This document shows, in pieces, positions 12,041-21,940 of a stretch of DNA of 64,000 nucleotides. The position numbers were made by a program, and so were the translations under genes. Under the pieces are notes generated by a model. The model had not been told where the DNA came from. It did not search any database and saw nothing but the letters and a program-made list of their open reading frames with translations. This DNA comes from an uncultured Chthonomonadaceae bacterium. GTDB taxonomy: Bacteria; Armatimonadota; Chthonomonadetes; Chthonomonadales; Chthonomonadaceae. Every line of letters starts with the position of its first letter. Position 1 is the stretch's first letter. The stretch lies in contig CAWFQB010000001.1 of assembly GCA_963817895.1 (NCBI GenBank), forward strand, positions 1,408,001 to 1,472,000, given 5' to 3'.

Positions 12041-12985
12041 TTATTTATACATCCCACAGCTATGAACAACAAGGGGCAGGTAGTAGGCTGGTTCAGATCA
12101 TCAACAGGCTTGGATCATGCATTTTTATGGAGTAACAACAAAATGACTGATTTCGGCGGTCAGGATGATACTGAAAGCAGAGCCTATGCTATTAACGACA
12201 AGGGACAAGTAGTTGGACAACTTACCTGTAAAAAGACCGATCATAGCGGAGTGCGGAGGCAGGCCGTGTTGTGGGCTGATGATAAGATAAATATTCTTAA
12301 TGGTTTTGACGCAAAATATAATACCGCCCGAGGCATCGACAATAAAGGGTAGATTGTTGGTTTTTCGGGTGTAATGGGCGGTCAAGCTTTTCTTTACAAG
12401 GATGGCAAGATTGTTGACTTGGGTGTTTCCGTGGGACAAGATAAACTTTGTATTAATGATGCAGGTCAGGTTGCAGGAACAATGTTTACCTCAATTAAGT
12501 ACATGATTGAAGGCCGCAATTCTAGCAATCGGGAACATGCCTTTTTGTGGAGCAATGGCAAATTCATCGATTTAGGAACTCTTCATAATACGGACAGCAA
12601 AGCGATTGCTATCAACAACAAAGGGGAAGTGTTGGGCGAATCAGAAACCTTTCCATTTATCTGGCGAAATGGGAAAATGATTGACATTGGATTACAAGTA
12701 GATGGGCCTAAATCGAACTTGTGCAATGCGACAGCCATGAACGACCGTGGTGACATTGTTGGCAGAATTATTACAGGTTATCTTATCAAAGATGGGAAGC
12801 GTTTCGCCCTTGAAAAATATGGTGAATACTTCGTCCGTGAAGTATTCACCATAAACAATTCTGGTCAGATGGCAGTAGAGTTTTCTCGGTTGGTATATAA
12901 ATCAGGTCAGGAGGACCGTGAATTCATGGTCTGTCTTCTCACGCCAAAGTAGACCTGTAAAATGAGAAAAGATAGGAGTTAAGCA

Positions 12986-13255
12986 ATGGTAGTTGTCAGT
13001 GAACCTCGTTTCAGTATCGAACAACTTGTGGCACAGGCAAAAGCTACGAGTGAGCCAGTCGTGCTTACGACAAACGGCAAGGCGGAACTCGTCTTGCTCA
13101 CGCCCGAAGCATACGAGGCGTTGCTCGACCGTATAGACGTGTTGGACAGCGTAATCGGCATGTACAAAGCGGAACGCGAATTCGACAGAGGCGAAGGACG
13201 CGATGCGCGTGAAGCGTTGGAAGAATTGAGGCTCAAACTTGGCGTACCACGTTGA
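12986..13255 (+). CDS. Phd/YefM family antitoxin, copy 1
   Basis: PVVLTTNGKAELVLLTPEAYEAL; overlaps the toxin start. Confidence 0.85.
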   Translation: MVVVSEPRFSIEQLVAQAKATSEPVVLTTNGKAELVLLTPEAYEALLDRIDVLDSVIGMYKAEREFDRGEGRDAREALEELRLKLGVPR

Positions 13256-13595
13256 AATTGCGCCAACGGCGCTTCTGGACGCGCAAGATGCTTTTGATTG
13301 GATGGAACAGCGTTCGCCAACTCATGTAAATGAATGGTTTAATGGTTTGATGGATGCCGTCTTTTCTCTGGATGAGATGCCGCGCCGCTGTTCCTTTGCG
13401 CCGGAAAATGATTTTTATGACAAAGAGACACGGCATTTGCTTTATACAAAGCGGCGCGTGACTTATCGTATCATCTTCGTCATTTTGCAGTTGCAAACGG
13501 AGGAAGATGATGGTGTTTTGCGCGTATACCGTATCCGGCATGGGGCGCAACGTCCTCTAACCGCAGGTGAGTTTAAGCAGGGTGAGAGGGATTGA
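13239..13595 (+). CDS. RelE/ParE family toxin, copy 1
   Basis: YHVEIAPTALLD, SLDEMPRRC, YRIIF and VYRIRHGAQ motifs. Confidence 0.88.
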   Translation: MAYHVEIAPTALLDAQDAFDWMEQRSPTHVNEWFNGLMDAVFSLDEMPRRCSFAPENDFYDKETRHLLYTKRRVTYRIIFVILQLQTEEDDGVLRVYRIRHGAQRPLTAGEFKQGERD

Positions 13596-13608
13596 GAAGG
13601 AGTTAGAA

Positions 13609-13896
13609 ATGGTTGTTATCAGCAAAACGCCGACAACGGCAGAGTTCAAGCGCGATCCTGAATTGTATATCGAACAGGTAAAAAGGGGCGACGCGCCACT
13701 CTTACTGACGGCAAACAACGAGCCTGATGTTGTGCTGCTCACGCCCGAAGCGTATGAAGCGTTGCTTGAACGCATAGACCTGTTGGACAGTGTGATTGGC
13801 TTGTACAAAGCCGAACTTCAGTTTGAACGTGGCGAATCACGTCCGGCTCGTGAAGCACTGGAGGAATTGGGGCGCAAACATGGCATATTACCTTGA
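13609..13896 (+). CDS. Phd/YefM family antitoxin, copy 2
   Basis: Paralogue of copy 1 (VLLTPEAYEALLERID). Confidence 0.85.
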   Translation: MVVISKTPTTAEFKRDPELYIEQVKRGDAPLLLTANNEPDVVLLTPEAYEALLERIDLLDSVIGLYKAELQFERGESRPAREALEELGRKHGILP

Positions 13897-14236
13897 TTTC
13901 TCTGATGATGCCTTGCAAGACGCGCAAGAAGCCTTAGAGTGGATGGAGCAACATTCTCCGAAGTACGCCGCGGATTGGTACATCGGTCTGATGGACGCCA
14001 TTTTCTCGCTTGAAGAAATGCCGCGTCGTTGTTCGTTCGCGCCCGAAAACGACCTCTACAATCGGGAAGTTCGTCATCTGCTTTATACAAAGCGTAGCGT
14101 TACCTACCGAGTCATTTTCGTTATAGTGAAGGAAGCAAAAGACGAGGAACCCGGCGAAATTCGCGTATACCGTATCCGGCATGGAGCGCAACGTCCTCTG
14201 ACGGCAGGTGAGTTTAAGCGAGGCGAGAGAGATTGA
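13880..14236 (+). CDS. RelE/ParE family toxin, copy 2
   Basis: Paralogue of copy 1; shares EMPRRCSFAPEND and RIRHGAQRPLTAGEFK. Confidence 0.88.
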   Translation: MAYYLDFSDDALQDAQEALEWMEQHSPKYAADWYIGLMDAIFSLEEMPRRCSFAPENDLYNREVRHLLYTKRSVTYRVIFVIVKEAKDEEPGEIRVYRIRHGAQRPLTAGEFKRGERD

Positions 14237-14263
14237 AAGGAGAGATTGAAAGGAGGGCCAGAA

Positions 14264-14554
14264 ATGACTGCTATCAGTAGAACGCCGACAACGGCAGAAT
14301 TCAAGCGCGATCCTGAGTTGTACTTAGAGCAGGTCAAAACCGAGAGTGAACCGCTTGTGCTGACTGCTGATAACAAGCCTGATATGGTGTTGCTGACGCT
14401 CGAAGCGTATCAGGCATTGCTGGCTCAGGTTGAACATTGGCAAAGCGTTGCTACTATACGTCAATCTCAGCTTCAGTTTGCGCGTGGCGAAGGGCGCGAC
14501 GCGCGTGAGGCATTTGAGGAACAGAGGCAGAAAATTGGCATTACCCGCCACTGA
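14264..14554 (+). CDS. Phd/YefM family antitoxin, copy 3
   Basis: N-terminus TPTTAEFKRDPELY as in copy 2; C-terminal RGEGRDAREA as in copy 1. Confidence 0.85.
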   Translation: MTAISRTPTTAEFKRDPELYLEQVKTESEPLVLTADNKPDMVLLTLEAYQALLAQVEHWQSVATIRQSQLQFARGEGRDAREAFEEQRQKIGITRH

Positions 14555-14589
14555 CGGCAGGCGAGTTAAAGCAAAGCATGGAAGACTGA
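14535..14589 (+). pseudogene. Internally deleted third ParE toxin
   Basis: TTG GCA start context joined directly to the toxin C-terminus PLTAGELKQSMED* (compare PLTAGEFKRGERD*). Confidence 0.75.
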
Positions 14590-14708
14590 AAACGTTTTGT
14601 TGTATAATGTATTGGCTGCTGCGGGGTATTTCGCGCGCCGAGTGAGGAAGTGACAGACGCTGCACATTCGCAGGAACTATTGAAAACACGTTTTGAGGGA
14701 AGTATCTT

Positions 14709-15278
14709 ATGCCGCCGAGTTCGGATTTTGACGCGCAGTTTAAGCCGCCTGTGGAACTGGAACTAGCCTGGACGCGCCACCCTGCCATTGTGAAATTGGG
14801 CGAAAACCCCGTTTTGCGCCAGGTCGCCAAGCCCATCACCCGCTACACGCAGGAAACGCGCCAGCTTATTGAGCGCATGACGGAAGTGATGCGGGACGCG
14901 CATGGGTTGGGATTGGCCGCGCCGCAAATCGGCGTTTCCAGCCGCATTATCGTGTACGACGCGGGGGATGGCGTCCGTGTTCTGGTCAATCCTGTAATCC
15001 TGAAAAAGTCCGGTGAACAGGACGACCCGCCCGAAGGCTGCCTGTCCATTCCCGGTTTGCAGGGCGTGGTGAAGCGCGCGCAGGAATTGCAGGTGCAGGG
15101 CTTCGATGAGCGGGGCCGTCCCGTCAAGCGCCGCGCCAAAGAACTGGAAGCCCGCGTGATTCAGCACGAAGTGGACCATCTCGACGGCATTCTGTTCATT
15201 GACCGCGCCGACCCAGATACCCTTATGTGGATGCTGGGCGAGGATGACGAGGATGGTAATGGAGCGCCGAGGGAGTAA
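14709..15278 (+). CDS. def: Peptide deformylase
   Basis: GLGLAAPQIG, EGCLS and QHEVDHLDG motifs. Confidence 0.97.
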   Translation: MPPSSDFDAQFKPPVELELAWTRHPAIVKLGENPVLRQVAKPITRYTQETRQLIERMTEVMRDAHGLGLAAPQIGVSSRIIVYDAGDGVRVLVNPVILKKSGEQDDPPEGCLSIPGLQGVVKRAQELQVQGFDERGRPVKRRAKELEARVIQHEVDHLDGILFIDRADPDTLMWMLGEDDEDGNGAPRE

Positions 15279-15287
15279 GAAGAACCT

Positions 15288-16292
15288 ATGCGTCTGATTT
15301 TTTTCGGGACGGCGGAGTTCGCCGTCCCTTCGCTTGACGCGGTACTGGCGGCGGGGCATGACGTATTATGCGTGGTCACGCAGCCGGACAAGCCGCAGGG
15401 CCGGGGGCATCAGCTTGTCGCGTCACCGGTCAAAATCGCCGCGCTGAAATATGGCCTGACCGTGTTGCAGCCGCGCCGGGTTCGGGCCGAGCCGTTTCTG
15501 GAAAAGATGCGCGTTTTACAGCCGGACGCCCTTGCGCTTGCCGCGTTCGGACAGATCATTCCGCAGGCATTGCTCGACCTGCCGCCGTTCGGCCCGATTA
15601 ACGTGCATGGTTCCCTTCTGCCCCACTACCGGGGCGCGGCCCCCATTCAGCGCGCGATTATGGCGGGCGAAACCACGACCGGGGTAACTACCATGTGGAT
15701 GGATGCCACGCTGGACACGGGCGACATGCTGCTGGACCGCGCCCTGCCGATTGCCCCGGACGATACGGCGGGAACCCTGACGCCGAAAATGGCCGAATTG
15801 GGCGCGCGTCTGCTCGTAGAAACCCTGTCCGGCTTGCAGGCTGGCACACTTCCCCGCCGCAAACAGGACGACAGCAAAGCCACATTCGCGCCAGCTATCA
15901 CGCCGGAAGATTGCGTTATCCACTGGGAAGAACCCGGCACGATTATCTGCAATCGCATACGCGGCGTCAGCCCCAAACCCGGCGCGTATTCGGAAATCAG
16001 GGGCAAGCGCGTAAAAATCTGGGCCGCGCAGCCCTATCTTCTTCCTGTCGACTCTCCCCTGCGCAACGCTAATCCTGAAAACGATAACCCTGAAAACTAT
16101 TTTCTTCCCACTCCCGGCACGGTTCTCGCCATCCACAAATCGCCGCCCGGATTGCTTGTAACGGCAGGCGAAGGCACAACCGTACTCCTTACCGAAGCGC
16201 AGCCCGAAAACGGCAAGCGCATGTCCGCCGCAGATTGGGCGCGGGGACAGCGGCTTGTAGCGGGAGAGCGGTTTGCAAAGGATGAAGGATGA
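15288..16292 (+). CDS. fmt: Methionyl-tRNA formyltransferase
   Basis: VVTQPDKP, INVHGSLLPHYRGAAPIQ and LDTGD motifs; follows def. Confidence 0.97.
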   Translation: MRLIFFGTAEFAVPSLDAVLAAGHDVLCVVTQPDKPQGRGHQLVASPVKIAALKYGLTVLQPRRVRAEPFLEKMRVLQPDALALAAFGQIIPQALLDLPPFGPINVHGSLLPHYRGAAPIQRAIMAGETTTGVTTMWMDATLDTGDMLLDRALPIAPDDTAGTLTPKMAELGARLLVETLSGLQAGTLPRRKQDDSKATFAPAITPEDCVIHWEEPGTIICNRIRGVSPKPGAYSEIRGKRVKIWAAQPYLLPVDSPLRNANPENDNPENYFLPTPGTVLAIHKSPPGLLVTAGEGTTVLLTEAQPENGKRMSAADWARGQRLVAGERFAKDEG

Positions 16293-16366
16293 AGGATGAA
16301 GGATGAATAGGATGCGGTCTTCTACTCAGCGCTCAATATTCTCCTCATCTTTCAACCTTCAACCCA
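16278..16366. repeat. Heptamer repeats (AAGGATG)x4 followed by a degenerate C/T-rich arm, between convergent genes
   Basis: The repeat supplies the fmt stop codon; (TTCAACC)x2 at the far end. Confidence 0.85.
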
Positions 16367-16368
16367 TA

Positions 16369-17970
16369 TCAAAACCTTCCTATCTGCCACAGCGTCACGT
16401 TCTCATCATCCGACCCACTGGCGAGGGTCTTGCTGTCCGGCGAGAAGGCAATGGTTGTGCGGGAACGTCCCATTTGCGCAAAGGTTTGCAGGCGCGCGCC
16501 TGTTTGCCAATCGAACACCTGTGTCTCGTTACCGGACTCATTCCAGTAGTAAACGGCCAGCAGCGCGCCGTCGGGCGAAAACGTCACCTGCTGCGCGGCC
16601 CGCTGCGGCTGTTCTCCCAACGTTCGGACAAGAGCGCCATCGGATACGCGCCACAATTGCGCCTGACTCTGTATCAATTCTCCCTCTTCATCACTTGCGC
16701 CGGAGTTCCATTCCAACTGCGTACACGCGGCAGCCAGAACTTGCCCATCCGGTGAGAAGTCAACAGACTTGACCATGAAATCGGGAACCGCCAGCGTCCG
16801 CAACGGCGCGCCTGTTTGCGCATCCCACAGCGTTACCTGACCGCCCCAAAAGTCTTGCGGTTCGTGTCCCTCTCTGCTCAACGAATCGCCCGTCGCCAGC
16901 ATTGTGCCGTCGGGAGAGAAGGCGATGTGAAAAATCATGCCTTTCTGGTTGCCGCTTTCCGGTGGAACCATTTCCGGCGGGGCGCACAGAAAGCGCGTAT
17001 CGAGTTCGCGCGTTATGTTGCCTGTTTGGACATCTCGCAGCGCGGCGCGACTGCAAACCACGCGGTACTGACTGTCGAGAACGTAACTCGTATGCGCCAG
17101 TACAGAGCCGTCCGGCGAAAAGGTGATCGAAGCGGGGCGGCCTCCATCCGTCACCATCACGCGCCGAACGCCGCTTTGCGCATCCCACAGGCAAATAGTT
17201 CTGTCGCGGCTTGCGCTGACGAGCGTAGCGCTGTCGGGAGAAAACGCCAGTTCGTCTACAGCGCGGGCGTGTCCCGCCCATGTCCGCGCCACGGTTCCGG
17301 TTCGCGCGTCCCACAGTGTTATCGCGCCATCCAGACGGCCCGACGCCAGCCACTTGCCATCCGGTGAAAAGGCGACGCTGCGCGCGACGCCGCTGTTGAG
17401 TTTCCGCATCACCTGCCAGACAAAATCCCTGTTCATCGGCAGGGGCGTTAAGGTTTGTTCCACCATGTCCCAATGCTCCTTTCGGATACGCGCCCGCGCA
17501 TTGCGCAGGCGGCTCTTTACGGTTGTAACGGGTACGTTGAGGAACGTGGCAATTTCTTGCAGGGAGTAACTGCGCAGGTAAAACAGGGTCAGCGTCAGAC
17601 GGCTCGACGGGGATAAACACGCGAGAGTCTGCTGAACCAGCAGCCGGTTTTCGGCCTGCCGTATGGGGAACTCACAGCCATGTAGCGCATGGTCATTTAT
17701 CAGAAGCGAATTTGTCTGCCGCCGCCACATTTGGCACTGGCTCACCGCTATCTGTCGCAGCCACGCGCCGAAGGCAGAGGGATTGCGCAGTTGCTCCAGA
17801 TGCTGATAACCGTACAGAAAGGCAATTTGCGCGACATCCTGCGCGTCGTCGCTATTTTGCAGATGGTGGTAGGCAAGCCCGTAAATCGCCTGCCGATACC
17901 GCTCCACCAGTCGGCTGTACGCTTCCCGATTTCCTGCGCGCGCTTGCGCGACAATTTCTGCGTCCGTCAC
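16369..17970 (-). CDS. ECF sigma-70 factor with C-terminal WD40 beta-propeller
   Basis: Region 2 (DAQDVAQIAFL, FGAWLRQIA), region 4 (SLQEIATFLNVPVTTVKSRL) and about seven FSPD/WD repeats. Confidence 0.9.
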   Translation of the reverse strand: MTDAEIVAQARAGNREAYSRLVERYRQAIYGLAYHHLQNSDDAQDVAQIAFLYGYQHLEQLRNPSAFGAWLRQIAVSQCQMWRRQTNSLLINDHALHGCEFPIRQAENRLLVQQTLACLSPSSRLTLTLFYLRSYSLQEIATFLNVPVTTVKSRLRNARARIRKEHWDMVEQTLTPLPMNRDFVWQVMRKLNSGVARSVAFSPDGKWLASGRLDGAITLWDARTGTVARTWAGHARAVDELAFSPDSATLVSASRDRTICLWDAQSGVRRVMVTDGGRPASITFSPDGSVLAHTSYVLDSQYRVVCSRAALRDVQTGNITRELDTRFLCAPPEMVPPESGNQKGMIFHIAFSPDGTMLATGDSLSREGHEPQDFWGGQVTLWDAQTGAPLRTLAVPDFMVKSVDFSPDGQVLAAACTQLEWNSGASDEEGELIQSQAQLWRVSDGALVRTLGEQPQRAAQQVTFSPDGALLAVYYWNESGNETQVFDWQTGARLQTFAQMGRSRTTIAFSPDSKTLASGSDDENVTLWQIGRF

Positions 17971-18116
17971 AACTCCTCCCGCCGCGTCACTCCCTGCGTT
18001 TTCTATGCCACATTCAAAGCAAAGATGCGTTCAGCCGTTGAAAAGTGCCATTCGACAGGATGTATAAAGTGTTACAGTTGCGGCAAAGGCGAACGAGGAG
18101 TTGGGCGGCAAAACGA

Positions 18117-18787
18117 TTACAACCCTTTGTCTTCCTCAAAATTCGGGGCAAGCGGCTGCTCTGCTGCGGGAGTTAGTTCCGCATGGAGTTCGAGGAACAT
18201 GGCCTGTACATAAGGATCGAGCCGTTCTGCGAAAGCCGTTTCCAGATGCAGTATGCGAATGAGTTCCTGAACGTCGGCCAGGTCTTTGCGCCGTCCGGCT
18301 CCGGTCATTCCCGACGCCAGTTTAAGTTCGACAAGTTTTTCCAGCGTAATCGTTTTCACGCCGCCAATCTCTATCGAATTCTCAGCGGGGTCGGGAAACA
18401 CAACCGATTTGGGTTTGCCGTCGCCCGGATACTCTCCCGTTGTGATAATCTCTATGGGAACGTTTTCCGCAGTGGCGCGAAACGTTTTAGTCGCTCCCTG
18501 AAAGGCCGGACGATAGCCACGCCCAATCAAAGTCTCGGTAAACTTTTGCAGTCCCTCCCTGGTCATCAACACATCAATATCATGCGTGAAGCGCTGATAG
18601 CCATGCTGGTTAAGCGCAACGGCTTCAATGACGCTGTAGGCAATCTGCCGGTCATCTAAATCTTTAGCAAGCTGTTTGAGCGTCGCGTTCATCAGTCCCA
18701 CTCCCCAAAAAAGCGCAGCCCCTCCTCATAAGCGAGTGTCGGCTGCGCAAGTATCTGTTGAAAATCCAGAAGCGCTGTGTCAGACAT
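18117..18787 (-). pseudogene. Nucleotidyltransferase-fold protein, frameshifted near 18705
   Basis: AVALNQHGYQRFTHDIDV and RRKDLADVQELI motifs. The upstream MSDTALLDFQQ…YEEGLRFF is out of frame at a T/G homopolymer. Confidence 0.65.
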
Positions 18788-18850
18788 AAAATCAATTTCC
18801 TATCTGCTTCGTATTGGAGTCACATGAGAAAAATAGAGAGGGAACATTCG

Positions 18851-19321
18851 ATGGCTGAACATCTGCATATCTCCGGCGTATGTTAGCGCGACCTTGACTT
18901 ACTGTTGGTGGAAGAATTTATGGCTTCACCCGATTTTCGCGCATGGTTTCTGTCACAAGTTGAATGCAATGCGCTCTCTTATCCCAGGTTGACAAGCGTG
19001 AAAAAGTCAGTGACCGAGCTTACAGGTGAGTCAGATGTTGAGGCGCGATTGAAAGACGAACAGGGCGCGGCATTGGTTTTGCTTATTGTGAACAAAATCA
19101 ATGCAGGCTTCCAGCCACAGCAGGCCGAGCGGTATCAGATACGCGGCAAGACTTATTCTCAGCGCGGCGAAAATGTTACCTTTAAGACGGTACTGGTTGC
19201 GCCGGAACGGTATTTCGGTGACGCAGAAGCCTTGAAAGGATTTAACGCGCGCGTAGCAGAAGATATTCTTGCATCAAAACGCCTGTTCGCATGGGCTAAA
19301 GACTGCTTGCAGCAGACATGA
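18851..19321 (+). pseudogene. Decayed PD-(D/E)XK nuclease-like gene
   Basis: MAEHLHISGVC*RDLDLLLVEEF (TAG at 18884), GESDV, LIVNKINAGFQPQQAERY. Confidence 0.65.
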
Positions 19322-19401
19322 TGACCACTTCTCAATATAGAGCATACGGCCTCCTTAATAATGTGGCAGGACGCGCATGTTGTTAAAGAGGTCAGGAGGC
19401 G

Positions 19402-19809
19402 TTGATGATTGAGCCGGGAATGGTGCGCAGCATTTCGGAATTGGCGCTATGGGTGCAGGATTTGGAACGCGCTGTCGCCTTTTATGTAGACAATTTGGGC
19501 TTTACGGTAGAGTCGCAGGATATAGGACGCAACGCCTTTTTGAAAAGCGGCGACTTTCTGCTCGTCCTCTTCGTGCCGGACGATCCGGGTACGCCCCTTG
19601 CCCGCGAATATCTGGCGCGGGTCGGCGAACCGCACGGCCATGTGTATCATGTCGCGTTTCGCGTCACGCCGGAAGCATTGGACGCCGCCGGCAAGTCCCT
19701 GCGCATTAAAGGATTAGACGTTTCCGGCCCCGTCGAGTTCGGAACCGGCAGACGCTCGTACTTTCTGGAAGACCCCGATCAGCACTACATCGAACTGACC
19801 GACAGATAG
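19402..19809 (+). CDS. VOC/glyoxalase family protein
   Basis: LWVQDLERAVAFY, HVAFRV and SYFLEDPDQHYIEL motifs. Confidence 0.9.
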   Translation: MMIEPGMVRSISELALWVQDLERAVAFYVDNLGFTVESQDIGRNAFLKSGDFLLVLFVPDDPGTPLAREYLARVGEPHGHVYHVAFRVTPEALDAAGKSLRIKGLDVSGPVEFGTGRRSYFLEDPDQHYIELTDR

Positions 19810-19883
19810 GAAGAAGAGGAGAAAAGGAGAGGGGGAGCTAAGAAACTGCGAATTCGTTTTTCTCCTTTTCTCCTCTTCTTCCT
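19809..19883. terminator. Purine-arm/pyrimidine-arm inverted repeat between convergent genes, probably a bidirectional terminator
   Basis: GGAAGAAGAGGAGAAAAGGAGA pairs with TCTCCTTTTCTCCTCTTCTTCC. Confidence 0.7.
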
Positions 19884-20641
19884 CAAAGCGGCGCGACCCA
19901 GACGTTGCGGAACTGAACGGGATCGTGGTCGCCCTGCAGCACAAGGGGGCCGGTTTTGGTCATTTCCTTGTACACTTCGTAGTTGATGCCCGTCATGCCG
20001 GTGAATTCCTCGTTGTTCTGCACCAGAACGCCGTTGAGAAACACGGTCGCGCGGGGTTTTTTCGTCACCTTGTTGTCGCTGTCGAAGCGGGGAGCGCGGA
20101 AAATGATGTCATAAGCGTTCCATTCGCCCGCCGGTTTGCAGCTATACGCGAGGGGCGCTTTCTGCCCGTACAACGCGCCGCATCCGTGCGCCTCCGGCTT
20201 TTGTCCGTAGGAGTTGAATATCTGTATCTCGTAGCGGCCCTGCAAACCCACCCCGCTGTTGCCGCCGCCCATCGGCTTGCCATTGGCGTCCAACATGATG
20301 CGGAACTCGGCGTGAACGTAACTGTCCCCGAACTCCTGCCGGCTCGTAATATCCACTTTCTGCGGCGTCGCCACGCCCTTATCATCTACCGTCCACGTCG
20401 CCGGGTCGGTGGAACGCCGCTTGTACCAGTTCGCTGTCATATCGTCGGACTTGCTCCCAAGCAGCACAACGGCTCCTTTGGGCGGACGCGCCGATAGCGC
20501 AAACATGGTCATTGCGGGCGTGGCTGTACCCGGTTCTTGCCTGCCGAGCGCAATGGCGCACAGGCGCGGAGTTATCATTGTCGCCGCGCTCCCACAAATC
20601 AAGGCCAGCGCTGCCGCGCGCTTTCCGTTTATCCTCTGCAT
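19883..20641 (-). CDS. DUF1080 (3-keto-disaccharide hydrolase) family secreted protein
   Basis: GNSGV, YEIQI, GEWNAYDI and LQGDHDPVQFRNVWV motifs; signal peptide. Confidence 0.9.
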   Translation of the reverse strand: MQRINGKRAAALALICGSAATMITPRLCAIALGRQEPGTATPAMTMFALSARPPKGAVVLLGSKSDDMTANWYKRRSTDPATWTVDDKGVATPQKVDITSRQEFGDSYVHAEFRIMLDANGKPMGGGNSGVGLQGRYEIQIFNSYGQKPEAHGCGALYGQKAPLAYSCKPAGEWNAYDIIFRAPRFDSDNKVTKKPRATVFLNGVLVQNNEEFTGMTGINYEVYKEMTKTGPLVLQGDHDPVQFRNVWVAPL

Positions 20642-20683
20642 TTCGTTCTTCCTTTCTTCACTGCCGCCCATTTTAGCAGTGTT

Positions 20684-21910
20684 TCAGTGTTCGGAGGTTT
20701 GCTGTACAAGCGTTTCCGGCGCGAGTGGCTCATAGACGCGCATGAATTCGCCGTTTGTTTCTGCCTCGAACGTTTGCGGTTCCTGTAATTGCGGTTCCGA
20801 TTGTTGTGAATTCAGAATCGCCGGGGAAATCTGGGCAAGATTGGGGCGCAGAAGTTCCGTGGGGTCGGTTTGGTGGGCGGGAGTGGTGGCGCGAAGCAGG
20901 GTTTCCTGTCCCTCCATATTCGGGGCCGCGCCGCGCAGGAGGGTATTGGCCGCGCTTGCCTGCCGCTTACGATCTTGCAACAGGGGCAGAACATCGTTCG
21001 CTGCTGTTCGAACGGAATGAACTGTCGCCTGTAGCGAAACCCGTTCCACAATCTCTGCCGCCCGTCCATCCCCGACCTTGCCCAGCGTGGACAGTATCCG
21101 CAGCGCCACGCTTTCCGATTGTTGCGCCTCGAAACGGGAGGTTGTCGCCAGTATGTCCAAAACCTTGCAGAGATTAGGGATTCCGGCAGCCAGTCGCGCG
21201 TAATCGTACTCCGTCACGCAGGGCAAAATCTCCTCCATCGCCGTAAGCGCGGCTCCGCGCATATTTCGCAGGCTTCGCGCGCGGGCGAACGCCCTGCTTT
21301 TCGGCCCATGCAGGCAGGCGCGGGCAAGCGCGGGCAAGGCTTCCACGGAATGAAGGCGTCCGAGCGAAGCCGCCGCCGCCACGCGAATGTTTGTCATCAT
21401 GCCGCTTTCCACAACAGTCAGAACGGGCAGCACACACATCGCGAACAGGCCACTCAGCAACGCGATTCCCAATAGCATGAAAAAAATTACAAATCGCGAA
21501 GTAGCGTGTCCCACACTAAACATGCTTGTGATTACAAACAGGGCGAAAAGCAGCCAGCTCCATCCCACCGCCCGCAACAGGCGATACGCTACATTTTGTA
21601 TCCCCCATATATCCACCATTTTAATCAAGTGTTTTTCCACCGCTTCAGCATCTTCGCTCGTGTCTTGTGGATAGCCCAGCATCCATGCCGCAACGGTCTG
21701 CCTGCGCCAATGGTAGGGGCGAGGAGTTTTCAGGGATTGCAGCAGCCGTTTCGTCGTCAGGGGGTAAACCGTTTCGCCTTCCAGAAACGTTTCCGCCACT
21801 CGCCGGACAGGATGCCTGCGCCCGATGCGTTTGAGCAGACGCCGGATGGCTTCCGCTTCCTGCGGGGGTATCGGCTCCTGTTTTGAAGGTTGTTCGCCAT
21901 GTAAATCCAT
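20684..21910 (-). CDS. HEAT-repeat membrane protein
   Basis: Two hydrophobic helices, RVAAAASLGRL and LGKVGDGRA HEAT-like repeats, and a repeated TLLR C-terminal motif. Confidence 0.7.
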   Translation of the reverse strand: MDLHGEQPSKQEPIPPQEAEAIRRLLKRIGRRHPVRRVAETFLEGETVYPLTTKRLLQSLKTPRPYHWRRQTVAAWMLGYPQDTSEDAEAVEKHLIKMVDIWGIQNVAYRLLRAVGWSWLLFALFVITSMFSVGHATSRFVIFFMLLGIALLSGLFAMCVLPVLTVVESGMMTNIRVAAAASLGRLHSVEALPALARACLHGPKSRAFARARSLRNMRGAALTAMEEILPCVTEYDYARLAAGIPNLCKVLDILATTSRFEAQQSESVALRILSTLGKVGDGRAAEIVERVSLQATVHSVRTAANDVLPLLQDRKRQASAANTLLRGAAPNMEGQETLLRATTPAHQTDPTELLRPNLAQISPAILNSQQSEPQLQEPQTFEAETNGEFMRVYEPLAPETLVQQTSEH

Positions 21911-21940
21911 CGCGCTCTCTTTCCTGTCGGCTCGTAGTCC

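Larger units (their letters stand above)
10751..12952 (+). pseudogene. Secreted HAF-repeat (extracellular beta-repeat) protein interrupted by an IS and an in-frame TAG
   Basis: Removing the IS restores …EYPSSLFIHPTAMNNKGQVVG… in frame. Repeats AINDKGQVVG and HAFLWSNG; TAG at 12350-12352 in DNKG*IVG. Confidence 0.9.
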
